47,485 bases of DNA from a virus (taxonomy: Duplodnaviria; Caudoviricetes): IMG/VR virus record IMGVR_UViG_3300030329_003021, positions 1 through 47,485 of that record; one strand, written 5' to 3'. The position numbers were made by a program, and so were the translations under genes. This document shows positions 16,047 through 25,049 of the stretch, piece by piece. The notes beneath the pieces were generated by a model. That model did not search any database. It saw nothing but the letters and a program-made list of their open reading frames with translations, and was not told where the DNA came from. How positions within the stretch are numbered: position 1 is the stretch's first letter; each line of letters begins with the position of its first letter.

Positions 16047-16561
16047 AAATAGAGAAACCAGAAGTAGTCCTTTGTGATATTGACGGCACAATAGCCGACT
16101 GTGAACACAGGCGACATCATGTTACAGGTAAGAAAAAAGATTTCAAGTCTTTCTATGCCGAGCAATACAAGGATGACGCTATTAAAACAACTGTGGCTGT
16201 GTTGGAAGCACTTACAAGAGCTACGTATGGTTTGATTTTTGTATCTGCTAGACCAGAAAAGTACAGAAAAGATACCGAGGAGTGGTTAGCTTCGTGGGTT
16301 TATCTTTTAGTTAAAAATTCTGTGTTAGATGAACAACGCATAAAATACGTGAAAGATATACAAGACTGGGAGTGCCTAGGTTTATTGATGCGACCAGAGG
16401 GAGATTATCGAGCCGACCACATTGTTAAAGAGGAGATTTATTTAAACCGAATCAAACCTCACTACAACGTGTTTATGGTTCTTGATGATCGTCAAAAAGT
16501 TGTAGACATGTGGCGTAAGCATGGGTTGATATGCCACCAAGTAGCTGATGGGAATTTTTAA
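16043..16561 (+). CDS. HAD phosphatase resembling the 3'-phosphatase domain of T4 PseT/PNKP
   Basis: CDIDGT, FVSARPE, LMRPEGDYRAD..VK, VLDDRQKVVDMWR. Confidence 0.9.
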   Translation: MKIEKPEVVLCDIDGTIADCEHRRHHVTGKKKDFKSFYAEQYKDDAIKTTVAVLEALTRATYGLIFVSARPEKYRKDTEEWLASWVYLLVKNSVLDEQRIKYVKDIQDWECLGLLMRPEGDYRADHIVKEEIYLNRIKPHYNVFMVLDDRQKVVDMWRKHGLICHQVADGNF

Positions 16562-16579
16562 TTAAATAAGGAGATTGAA

Positions 16580-16885
16580 ATGAGCGATAAAAAAATTACA
16601 CTCGTCATGAGCAGAAGTGCTTTCGTTAGTAACAATCGAGATCACATGGACGTTGAGCAATTATTAGTAGATCAGGGGTATGTTGATTTAACAGAAGTTG
16701 CCGAAAACTATAACTACCTTACTGATTCCGACATTGTTAACTGGGATCAAATCAAGCACACAATCGATAAAGATTGTATTGACCCTTGTGGTGTAGGAGA
16801 TGGGGAAATGAGTGTCGATGATGGCTTTGGTGGTTGTGAAGTTGCTTTCGATTGGAGTAAATACGAAATTAAATGGGAGGAGTGA
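16580..16885 (+). CDS. Acidic hypothetical protein, paralog A
   Basis: AAGGAG RBS; similar to 18625-18915. Confidence 0.8.
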   Translation: MSDKKITLVMSRSAFVSNNRDHMDVEQLLVDQGYVDLTEVAENYNYLTDSDIVNWDQIKHTIDKDCIDPCGVGDGEMSVDDGFGGCEVAFDWSKYEIKWEE

Positions 16886-16887
16886 AA

Positions 16888-17082
16888 ATGAGTGATGATT
16901 TTAGATTATGGGAATTTTTTATTAAATATTGTGGGTATATAGATCAAGGTGTTGGTAAACAACATTTAGCGTGGCTTCTTGAACATGAACGCAAACACCG
17001 AGAGATGAAAGCGAGCAATCTTGCTACGGACTTTGTTATCAATCTTGAGATAAATAAGGAGAAAAATAATGAGCGAAGATAA
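16888..17082 (+). CDS. Small hypothetical protein
   Basis: GGAGGAG-TGA-AA-ATG junction. Confidence 0.7.
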   Translation: MSDDFRLWEFFIKYCGYIDQGVGKQHLAWLLEHERKHREMKASNLATDFVINLEINKEKNNERR

Positions 17083-17314
17083 TAAAGCAATACACGTTAG
17101 CTATGAAACAGGCTATGACAAAGAAGCAAGTTTAGATTATTTTCATGATGGCACAGACCATAAATTTGTAGATGAAAGTAATTTCAGAATTGTTTCAACT
17201 AGACATAAAGAGATTACTGATAACGAAGATAAAGCTAAAGGTCTTCAAGATTGGGAATGGAAAGTAGAAGTTTTTACGAAGACTGATAAGAAAAAGGAGA
17301 ACGACAATGAGTGA
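17069..17314 (+). CDS. Small acidic hypothetical protein
   Basis: AAGGAG RBS. Confidence 0.7.
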   Translation: MSEDNKAIHVSYETGYDKEASLDYFHDGTDHKFVDESNFRIVSTRHKEITDNEDKAKGLQDWEWKVEVFTKTDKKKENDNE

Positions 17315-17801
17315 GCAAGGTTTGTGTAGGAGTCAGACTCCTACGTCATCAATGGATGCAGAGTTTATCGAATTTGTAAATTATGTTTATGATTTTTATG
17401 GGGAAGATGGTATTTACCCAGAAAACAACCGTACCAAACCCCAGATCAGAGTAGCAACTCTCATTTATTTAAAATCAATTAATGAACTCAATTCAGATCA
17501 TTTCACTTGGGGTGGTGGAGATTCTGTTGATAGGGAGAGAGTGAGAGATATTATGGACTCTCCGACATTTGCTGAAGAATCTAAGGACTGGTGGAAAGTG
17601 TTAGAGGATCAGTTTTTAGATGAAATGAGGAGGAGTGACATGAAAACCTTTATTTGCGAGGTAAGGCTAACTTTTGTTGGCAACAATCATAAAGCTAAAA
17701 ATGTTGAGGAATATAAACAAAAAGTCATTGAACAGTTTAATGATGAGTACCCCAACATCAATGTAACAGAAGACGAGATACATAACATTGAGGAGGAGTG
17801 A
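17307..17801 (+). CDS. Hypothetical protein, probably two fused modules (internal start 17640)
   Basis: In-frame GAGGAGGAGTGAC-ATG internal RBS and start. Confidence 0.7.
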   Translation: MSEQGLCRSQTPTSSMDAEFIEFVNYVYDFYGEDGIYPENNRTKPQIRVATLIYLKSINELNSDHFTWGGGDSVDRERVRDIMDSPTFAEESKDWWKVLEDQFLDEMRRSDMKTFICEVRLTFVGNNHKAKNVEEYKQKVIEQFNDEYPNINVTEDEIHNIEEE

Positions 17802-17804
17802 AAA

Positions 17805-18389
17805 ATGACTAAGAAAAATTTACCATGTGCCTGTGAAGGGCAGACTATCGAGGGACAATTCTTAGTAAATGAGAATTGTCCTAACCCATACGTTATTCGA
17901 GTAGTGAGTGGTTTAGTAGCCATGCGAGAAACTGCTGATGTCGTTGATGATAATGGCAACGACCTATTTGTAATGATTAAGACTAATGATGTTATATCAA
18001 CAGACAAGCCAATGGGTTTGTATGGTTGGGAGTTGTATGACAAGAATGGGTATCAGGTTCGCACTATGCTTGCTGAACAAAAAACAAACTTTGACGGCAC
18101 TCGTATGCACACACCTGATGATACAGAAGAAGTGCCGTTCAACACGATTGATGATACTAAGGAAGATGCCTTGGATTATCTTCAGTTTCTGATTGAGTTC
18201 CACAACGAGCAACATAGTTTCTATAACAGGCTTAGTGGTTGGGGCGAAGATGATGAATGGGTATGGTCGTCATTCGACCAAGCTGATGTTGTGTGGGCAG
18301 AAAAAATCAGAGAGAACTACGATCATGATTTCACAGATGATATCGACTTGGAAGATATTAGGCATGATAGGGAATTAGCAAATGGGTGA
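17805..18389 (+). CDS. Acidic hypothetical protein, 194 aa
   Basis: GAGGAG RBS. Confidence 0.75.
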   Translation: MTKKNLPCACEGQTIEGQFLVNENCPNPYVIRVVSGLVAMRETADVVDDNGNDLFVMIKTNDVISTDKPMGLYGWELYDKNGYQVRTMLAEQKTNFDGTRMHTPDDTEEVPFNTIDDTKEDALDYLQFLIEFHNEQHSFYNRLSGWGEDDEWVWSSFDQADVVWAEKIRENYDHDFTDDIDLEDIRHDRELANG

Positions 18390-18400
18390 GGAGAACGACA

Positions 18401-18622
18401 ATGAAGAGTAAGACCAGAGTATTAGAGGAAAAAGTCACAGAGTTAGAGATGGCATTGTGCCATGCGAATGGTAAGTTAAATGCAATACAAGATGCTTGTG
18501 AACAGGCAATAGCTGATTCTGAGGAAGCTACGGAAGAAGTTACCGATGGTTCAGAAGCTATCTACGAGGGTCGGGCAGAGTTTGCCAAGCAGATATCAGA
18601 TTATTTAAATGAGGAGGAGTGA
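18401..18622 (+). CDS. Small coiled-coil protein
   Basis: AGGAG RBS before ATG 18401. Confidence 0.7.
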   Translation: MKSKTRVLEEKVTELEMALCHANGKLNAIQDACEQAIADSEEATEEVTDGSEAIYEGRAEFAKQISDYLNEEE

Positions 18623-18624
18623 TA

Positions 18625-18915
18625 ATGAACGATGAAAAAATTACACTAGTTATGAGCCGAAGTAAATTTGTTAAAAAGAATTATCAATTTATAGACATAA
18701 CAAGTCCTACACAACTAGACACTTTAAGTAAGAAAGGTGTAATTTATTTAGATGATATTGCAAAAGGACTTAATTACTTGTACCACAGAGATATTTTAAA
18801 TTGGAATGAAATTAAAGATACTGTAGATGCTGATTGTATAGATGATACCTTTAACGTAAACAATTTAGAAGTTGGGTTTGACTGGAACAAATACGAAATT
18901 AAATGGGAGAAGTGA
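18625..18915 (+). CDS. Hypothetical protein, paralog B
   Basis: KITLVMSRS...EVGFDWNKYEIKWE. Confidence 0.8.
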   Translation: MNDEKITLVMSRSKFVKKNYQFIDITSPTQLDTLSKKGVIYLDDIAKGLNYLYHRDILNWNEIKDTVDADCIDDTFNVNNLEVGFDWNKYEIKWEK

Positions 18916-18916
18916 A

Positions 18917-19015
18917 ATGACCAAGTTAATTATCTACACCACATTAGCGTGTATATGGTTGGACTACGTCTATTGGTGTCATGGTTTGAATTTAAATTAC
19001 TTTGATAGATTTTAG
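18917..19015 (+). CDS. Tiny hydrophobic ORF, 32 aa
   Basis: Coupled to upstream stop; MTKLIIYTTLACIWLDYVYW... Confidence 0.45.
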   Translation: MTKLIIYTTLACIWLDYVYWCHGLNLNYFDRF

Positions 19016-19029
19016 GAGAGGAGGTGTAA

Positions 19030-19173
19030 GTGAAAGAAAAAAACTGGAAAGAAACCTTTAAAGATACGGTAAAAAGTTGTGACGCAAAACATACCATGAA
19101 TTGGGTTAACCTAAAATTGAGATGGTCCAACACTTATTGGGCTAAAAAATTAAAAAACAGAAAGGAGGTGTGA
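19030..19173 (+). CDS. Small basic ORF, 47 aa, GTG start
   Basis: GGAGGT RBS. Confidence 0.55.
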   Translation: MKEKNWKETFKDTVKSCDAKHTMNWVNLKLRWSNTYWAKKLKNRKEV

Positions 19174-19177
19174 GAAG

Positions 19178-19206
19178 TTGACAATGTAAAAATATATACA
19201 TATTAT
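19178..19206 (+). promoter_or_regulatory. Sigma70 promoter
   Basis: TTGACA-17 nt-TATTAT. Confidence 0.85.
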
Positions 19207-19226
19207 GTATGTATAACAAGTTGTTG

Positions 19227-19249
19227 TCGTGTATACCTAGTATATACGT
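19227..19249 (+). repeat. Palindrome copy 8 (variant)
   Basis: TCGTGTATAC-CTA-GTATATACGT, between promoter and RBS. Confidence 0.85.
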
Positions 19250-19275
19250 TATTTTAATTTTAAAAGGAGAGTATT

Positions 19276-20412
19276 ATGTCGACAGACAATTACGCAGGAG
19301 ATATGGGAGATATGTCAGTAAATGATTTTGCTGATGCTATCTTAACTTATGGTTCAGATATGACTATTTTGGGTATTGGAGAACCCGGAATTGGTAAGAC
19401 GGCAGTTATGAACATACTTAAAAAGGTTCTTGGCACTGCTGATTACCACTATCACATCTTTGACATGGGACGTATGGACGTTGGCGATCTTGCATTGCCA
19501 AGTGTGACTGAGATCAATGGTGTTACAGTAAGTAGGTTTGTACCTAATGCTGACTTTGGTACACAGTTCAAGGGTAAAAAACTTGTTGCTATGTTTGATG
19601 AGATATACAAATCATCTAAACCTGTGCTCAATGGAGTTGCATCATTTCTTCAAGAGAAAAGGCTTAATGATTGGATAGCACCAGAGGGTTCTATATTATT
19701 TTGTGCATCTAACCTTGAGACTGATGGGTGTGGAGATAAACCTCAACCGTTTATCAAAAGACGTACAGTTAGGGTGCATGTTAAAAAACCTACTGCTGGA
19801 ATTTCACCTACTGGTGATATTGAGCCAGATGGTTGGATAGCTTGGGCGATTGATAATGACATTGCTCCAGAAATTATTTTGCTTATCAAAGAGAATCCTC
19901 ATTTCTTGGATTCATACACATCTGGTAGTGACAATCGAGCAATCTTTAATCCAGCACGAGAGCCAAGTGTGGAAGCATTTGTATGTCCATTCACACTAGA
20001 ACTTGCGAGTAAGATCGTCAAGAAAAGAGAGCGAGTGAAAGAACATGTGCTTAAGAGTATGCTTAAGGGTGCTTTTGGTTCGTATGCTACAGAATCTTTG
20101 ATGGCAATATTAAAGTTCTCTAACAAGATGCCTTCGTGGAAAGAGGTGATAACCAATCCTGATACAGCGCCTTTACCTACAAATGATGCAGATGGTGTGA
20201 TGGTTAAGTTTATGTTGGTGTCAAAGGCATTAACACTAATGAGTGATGACAACATAGATAGTCTAGTCACATACTTTGAACGTCTTGGTAGTGAGTTCGA
20301 GGGTGTTTGGTACAGATCAGTTCTTCGTAGCTCTAAGGAGAGAAGGATGGTTGGTCAAGATTGTAAGAGATGGATGGAACGTGCAGCAAAAATGAAGTGG
20401 ATGTTTGCTTAA
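19276..20412 (+). CDS. AAA+ ATPase, MoxR-like
   Basis: Walker A GEPGIGKT, Walker B AMFDE, sensor CASN, DLALP motif. Confidence 0.85.
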   Translation: MSTDNYAGDMGDMSVNDFADAILTYGSDMTILGIGEPGIGKTAVMNILKKVLGTADYHYHIFDMGRMDVGDLALPSVTEINGVTVSRFVPNADFGTQFKGKKLVAMFDEIYKSSKPVLNGVASFLQEKRLNDWIAPEGSILFCASNLETDGCGDKPQPFIKRRTVRVHVKKPTAGISPTGDIEPDGWIAWAIDNDIAPEIILLIKENPHFLDSYTSGSDNRAIFNPAREPSVEAFVCPFTLELASKIVKKRERVKEHVLKSMLKGAFGSYATESLMAILKFSNKMPSWKEVITNPDTAPLPTNDADGVMVKFMLVSKALTLMSDDNIDSLVTYFERLGSEFEGVWYRSVLRSSKERRMVGQDCKRWMERAAKMKWMFA

Positions 20413-20443
20413 GAAGTATTTTACATTTTAAAAGGAGAGAAAG

Positions 20444-21364
20444 ATGGAACTATCTAAAAGTAAAATTGCTAATTCAGTAACTAATTTGTTTAGGCGTTGT
20501 GTTATTGTGCGCTTTGGTATATCTAAGTGGGATGGTAAGAAGTCTTGTGATAGGGAGAAAAATAAAATCACTTCGGCTGATGGCTTTCTGATGAAGGCTA
20601 ATTTGTTTGTCAATGATGCGAACTTCAAAGCGATTACGAGAGTTGATAGTGATGCTCGATCATTTGTAAATAAGCATACTAACTATTGGGGTCATGGACA
20701 ACGTTTACTTACCATGAATAAGTTTGACTCTTTTATGTCGGAGATGAACAGTCTTGAGGAGAAGTTTAGTCGTACAGTTGACATGTTTCTTGATCCACAT
20801 AACTATGTTGCTTCGATTCATGCGTCTATGGACTATTGGAGACGACATTCAAAAGGAGAATGGGTAGATATGATTACAGAAGATGACTATCCAAATAGCG
20901 TTGGTTTGCGAGATAGATTTTATTTTCGTAATGATATCCTTCAAGTGCCTGATGGTGATTTCAAAGTTACCGTTGCTGATGAAGTGCTTAGAGATATACA
21001 GGCTAAACAAAACAAAGTGTTAGAGGATCAGTTGTATGATTCCATGACAAGGTTTTGTGACAAGATCAAAGATGCCTTGAGTAAAGCTAGTGAGAGGTTT
21101 GAGGATTTAGATTCTCCTAAAATCACCAAGACTGATGTTAAATACCACAAGGATTTTAACTCAACTATCATCACTAATATCACGGATCTTTGTGATACAG
21201 GGCATGACTTGAATATCATTGATGACCCACGCATTACTGAGTTACTTAATGATACACGGAAAGCTGTATCTAACTTTGACGCACAACAGTTGAAGGAAGA
21301 TGACCACTCAAGACGTGCTGTAAAGAAAAATATTGATGACGTTTTAAATAAATTTAATCTTTAA
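20444..21364 (+). CDS. Helical protein, tentatively DUF3150-like
   Basis: Between AAA+ and vWA genes; W..GQRLL, YP....LRDRF and LNIIDDPRI motifs. Confidence 0.55.
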   Translation: MELSKSKIANSVTNLFRRCVIVRFGISKWDGKKSCDREKNKITSADGFLMKANLFVNDANFKAITRVDSDARSFVNKHTNYWGHGQRLLTMNKFDSFMSEMNSLEEKFSRTVDMFLDPHNYVASIHASMDYWRRHSKGEWVDMITEDDYPNSVGLRDRFYFRNDILQVPDGDFKVTVADEVLRDIQAKQNKVLEDQLYDSMTRFCDKIKDALSKASERFEDLDSPKITKTDVKYHKDFNSTIITNITDLCDTGHDLNIIDDPRITELLNDTRKAVSNFDAQQLKEDDHSRRAVKKNIDDVLNKFNL

Positions 21365-21376
21365 TAAGGAGAGAAT

Positions 21377-22624
21377 ATGCGAACGTTAAACACAAAAGAA
21401 AAGTTAGTACGAGATAAGATGGCATTGTGTGGTCATAAGACTACGAGTAGTTTTTCAGTGCTGATTCATACGATACCGTTCTATCTAACTAACGATCTAA
21501 CACCAACAGGTTGTACGGATGGTTACAACGTTTGGATAAATGAAGGTTATTACGAAAGTCTTATCGAAGGACAACGTAGATTCCTTATTGTGCATGAGCT
21601 TATGCACATCATACCAAACCATCTTGTTGTGTGGCAGTCATTACGTAAGAAACATCCCCTGTGTGCAAATAAGGCAATGGATCATTGGAATAATCTTACG
21701 ATTAAGTATGAGATTGATCCCACTCAAACCTTTCTTGTACCAATCAAAGGAGCTTTATGTGACGACAAGTATAGGGTTAATGGGGTTATTCTAGATACCA
21801 AGTCAATATTTGATGATTTATATAAACAGGTAGATAAAGGAAAGGAGAATGGTAATGGACAAACCTCTGGTGATAACTCTAAACAAAAAGTGCAACAAGA
21901 GGGAGATAGCAATGAGGGGCAGACACTTGATGAGCACATGTGGGACAAAGCGCAAGAGATGGCGAAAGATGAAACCAAGTCAAAAAAGATGAGGGAGCAA
22001 ATTAGAACATCTTTACGTCAAGGTAAGATGTATTCAAAACGTACGGGTGGTAACACATTAACTAGTATAGATAAGATATTAGAGTCTAAGATAGATTGGA
22101 AAGAATTGTTACGATCTTTTCTTACTAATACTAACTCTGATAGAGAAGTATCTTCATGGCGCAGACCAAACCGTAGGTGGATACATCAAGACATTTACCT
22201 ACCGTCAATAGTTAGTGAGTCAGCCGGGGACTTAGTTCTTGCCATAGATAGGTCTGGTTCTATTGGGACTCAAGAAACACAGGCTATGCTTGGGACATTA
22301 GCTAAGATTTGTAAAGATACAAAACCAAGTAAGGTTTATATTGCTTATTGGGATACTGTTGTTAATGACCCTGTTGAGGTGTATGAACAGCATGAGCTAG
22401 AGAATATTATTTCCTCTACTAAACCACGAGGTGGTGGTGGCACGGACCCAAGGTGTATTCCTGCGTTTCTTAAAGAGAAAAAGATCAACCCAGAAGCTGT
22501 TGTGGTGTTGACTGATGGTGCTGTAGGGAGTTGGGGTAAATGGGATTGTCCTGTGTTTTGGGGTATCACACAAAAGGGTATCACTGCAAACGTAGGTACA
22601 AGTGTTCATGTAGACGTTAACTAG
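21377..22624 (+). CDS. HExxH metallopeptidase-like plus vWA domain protein (DUF2201 type)
   Basis: TGCTDG, HELMH, SWRRPNRR, MIDAS DRSGS, GGGTD, LTDG. Confidence 0.88.
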   Translation: MRTLNTKEKLVRDKMALCGHKTTSSFSVLIHTIPFYLTNDLTPTGCTDGYNVWINEGYYESLIEGQRRFLIVHELMHIIPNHLVVWQSLRKKHPLCANKAMDHWNNLTIKYEIDPTQTFLVPIKGALCDDKYRVNGVILDTKSIFDDLYKQVDKGKENGNGQTSGDNSKQKVQQEGDSNEGQTLDEHMWDKAQEMAKDETKSKKMREQIRTSLRQGKMYSKRTGGNTLTSIDKILESKIDWKELLRSFLTNTNSDREVSSWRRPNRRWIHQDIYLPSIVSESAGDLVLAIDRSGSIGTQETQAMLGTLAKICKDTKPSKVYIAYWDTVVNDPVEVYEQHELENIISSTKPRGGGGTDPRCIPAFLKEKKINPEAVVVLTDGAVGSWGKWDCPVFWGITQKGITANVGTSVHVDVN

Positions 22625-22681
22625 GAGAAACAATGAGAGGACTAATGAAAACAAACCTACAAGCAGAGGAGGAGTAAACAA

Positions 22682-23020
22682 ATGAAAGTAAGAACTGAAG
22701 CTGCAATAGTACTTGTAGATGGAGCACGTTTGAATGTAGACGTGGGAGTACATCCTGATAACAAGGAACTAGGACATTGGTTTTTTGATGAGCATGCAGT
22801 ATTAGATAGTAAATTGTTCTACTGGTTTACCGAAAGCGAGTTTGCAGATGTTACAAAGCAGTTGGATTCTGGTAAGTCATTTAAGTTAGAGGACAGTATA
22901 TACATCCTTACCATGTCAAACAATAATGAACCGTTTGTAGTTAGCGAAGAAAATAAGGACGACTACGACTATCAAGAAATACATAACCAAAGACTAAGAG
23001 AAATAGAAAGGGGGCAATGA
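22682..23020 (+). CDS. Hypothetical protein
   Basis: GGAGGAG RBS. Confidence 0.7.
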   Translation: MKVRTEAAIVLVDGARLNVDVGVHPDNKELGHWFFDEHAVLDSKLFYWFTESEFADVTKQLDSGKSFKLEDSIYILTMSNNNEPFVVSEENKDDYDYQEIHNQRLREIERGQ

Positions 23021-23247
23021 TGAGTGATTTTAACGAAATGAGGAGAACGCTAATGAGTAATGAAGCTAACGTGGTTTTAAAAGAGAGATGTTATGCCGAA
23101 GCAATCGAGGAAGTTGATAACATGACGCTAAAGCAACTTAAGTCTGTTATTGAAATTCACCCAGATACCCAACAACATATTGATGGGTACATTATAGCAA
23201 AGGCAGAACAGAAGTTTGATAATTTACCTGACGTGGGAGGAGAGTGA
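23020..23247 (+). CDS. Small hypothetical protein (alternative start 23053)
   Basis: Coupled start; internal AGGAG RBS at 23041. Confidence 0.65.
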   Translation: MSDFNEMRRTLMSNEANVVLKERCYAEAIEEVDNMTLKQLKSVIEIHPDTQQHIDGYIIAKAEQKFDNLPDVGGE

Positions 23248-23489
23248 TGAGTGAAAATAAATCTAATTTTTGTTGTGCAAAAGAAAAACTCTTTACTAGT
23301 GGAACAGTTCAGGATTTGATAGATGTCTTGGAGTTGATAGATGACAAGTCATTGCCTATCAGGGTCATTGAACAAGGTAGGGAAGACGAGGGCATTGACA
23401 ATTTCTGGCTGTGCGACATTGAAGTTTCTAGCACAGGTGCTAGTGGCTATGAGCAATCTGGAGAAGTTCGTTTGATAGGGGGAGAGTGA
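23247..23489 (+). CDS. Small hypothetical protein
   Basis: GGAGAG-TGATG junction; TVQDLIDVLE..D motif. Confidence 0.7.
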   Translation: MSENKSNFCCAKEKLFTSGTVQDLIDVLELIDDKSLPIRVIEQGREDEGIDNFWLCDIEVSSTGASGYEQSGEVRLIGGE

Positions 23490-23632
23490 TGAGTGAAGTA
23501 GACGTTGAAAAACTTGTTCGGTTGTTAAAGGAAATTAATGTTTCAAAGTATTCACAAGCTGAATACAGAGAAGTTGTTGATTTAATTTATACGGTGGTTA
23601 AAACACAAACTAAAGGAGAAACAAATGGATAA
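23489..23632 (+). CDS. Small hypothetical protein, 47 aa (not in track)
   Basis: GGAGAG-TGATG junction; MSEVDVEKLVRLLKEI... Confidence 0.65.
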   Translation: MSEVDVEKLVRLLKEINVSKYSQAEYREVVDLIYTVVKTQTKGETNG

Positions 23633-23780
23633 AAAATATAAAGCACTTTTAATTAGAAAAGAAGTAAGAGATTTAATTGATGAAAAGAAACTTATTGTAG
23701 AAAAGTTGTTGGGGTTAGATTTAAATTATAGTCAGTTCATAACGTACTTATGCAACACGATTAAAAAGAAAGAAAGATAA
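23625..23780 (+). CDS. Small basic protein, possibly ribbon-helix-helix (51 aa, not in track)
   Basis: AAGGAG RBS; YKALLIRKEVRDLIDE...LNYSQFITYL strand-helix-helix pattern. Confidence 0.55.
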   Translation: MDKKYKALLIRKEVRDLIDEKKLIVEKLLGLDLNYSQFITYLCNTIKKKER

Positions 23781-23798
23781 CTAAAAAAGGAGAGTAAA

Positions 23799-25037
23799 AT
23801 GAGAACGAAACTTTGTACAACTAAATATGATTTATATAATTATAATTTCTTTGATGACAACAACCTTGTAAAATACCCTGCTGAATCTAGGGAGTGTGAC
23901 TGTTTTAGTAAGTGGTTATCAGATCTACAGGTAGCGATAGATAAAGCTTCTCATGGTACTTGTGAATTACATATAAAAATTGGAGGAAATAATTGGAAGC
24001 CGGGAGCACCACTAGATTCTTTTACTAACAGCGAAAACGTGCATATAACCTTATCGAGTAAAATAAATTCAGTAAGTAAAGATGTTTTAGATATTCTAGG
24101 CTCTCGATATGATCCTATTCCCTACCAAATGTTTGTAATAAAATTAACACATAACATCGTAGACTTTTACGATCCCTTGTTGGTTAAATCTGGTGGAGTT
24201 CGTAAGGTCCCTCATTGGACTATAGAAGAAACAGATGTTTACAATTTAGATACCTATTGGGTGAGGCAATTTAAAGATAGTCTGAGTAGTCAGAAAAAAC
24301 CTAGAGATGTAGTGATGTCGACAACACTAAGGGATAAAGTGATTAAAAAAGCTGTTGAGTTTATAAAATTTATTGGCGATCAAAACTACTCAAGGATAGC
24401 TAGTAAGTTTGCTGCACATTGTGAGGAGAGGGCAAGGTATTCTCTTTCTGAATATCAAAGAACTTTAACAGACAGTTTTGAATGTTCTGCAGTGTCTGTT
24501 AAAAATACAATGGTTTTATGTGAGGCAGTTCTTGATATCAAAGATAAACTTGGTTTAGGGAAAAATGATTCTTGTAATTTTACATCGTCTTTACTCCAAG
24601 AGGTTGAAACTAAGTCTTTACCAAAATATGCAAAATATAAAAAACAGTCAAATTGTTTAGTTAATATACATCTTATTTTTAAAGTGCCTGAAGTTGTAGG
24701 ATACCCTGATGGTGCGTATGCGCTTATTAGTAAGATGGGATTAAATTGGAGCGCAACTAGCAAAAAGATAGACGATAAGTATATTACTTTTCTAACAGAC
24801 GTTTTTTGTCCCGGTCTTCAGGGTAAGTTTAGTTCAGAAGATTCTGAAATTATAAACGCCCACGAGTCCGTGCTTTTTTACTCAGATATTGATTCTATGA
24901 GCACGAACGTCAACTCTTTAGTATCTTTATTAGCTATGACACGTCCAGAATCAGATCACGTAGTAATGATGGAGGGGGTTGGATTTTGGCATCCTTCTAG
25001 CGATACGTATTTGTTGACAGAAAGAGTTGTCAGATGA
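23799..25037 (+). CDS. Hypothetical protein, 412 aa
   Basis: AAGGAGAGT RBS; long ORF, no motif recognised. Confidence 0.8.
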   Translation: MRTKLCTTKYDLYNYNFFDDNNLVKYPAESRECDCFSKWLSDLQVAIDKASHGTCELHIKIGGNNWKPGAPLDSFTNSENVHITLSSKINSVSKDVLDILGSRYDPIPYQMFVIKLTHNIVDFYDPLLVKSGGVRKVPHWTIEETDVYNLDTYWVRQFKDSLSSQKKPRDVVMSTTLRDKVIKKAVEFIKFIGDQNYSRIASKFAAHCEERARYSLSEYQRTLTDSFECSAVSVKNTMVLCEAVLDIKDKLGLGKNDSCNFTSSLLQEVETKSLPKYAKYKKQSNCLVNIHLIFKVPEVVGYPDGAYALISKMGLNWSATSKKIDDKYITFLTDVFCPGLQGKFSSEDSEIINAHESVLFYSDIDSMSTNVNSLVSLLAMTRPESDHVVMMEGVGFWHPSSDTYLLTERVVR

Positions 25038-25049
25038 TAGGATTTATTT

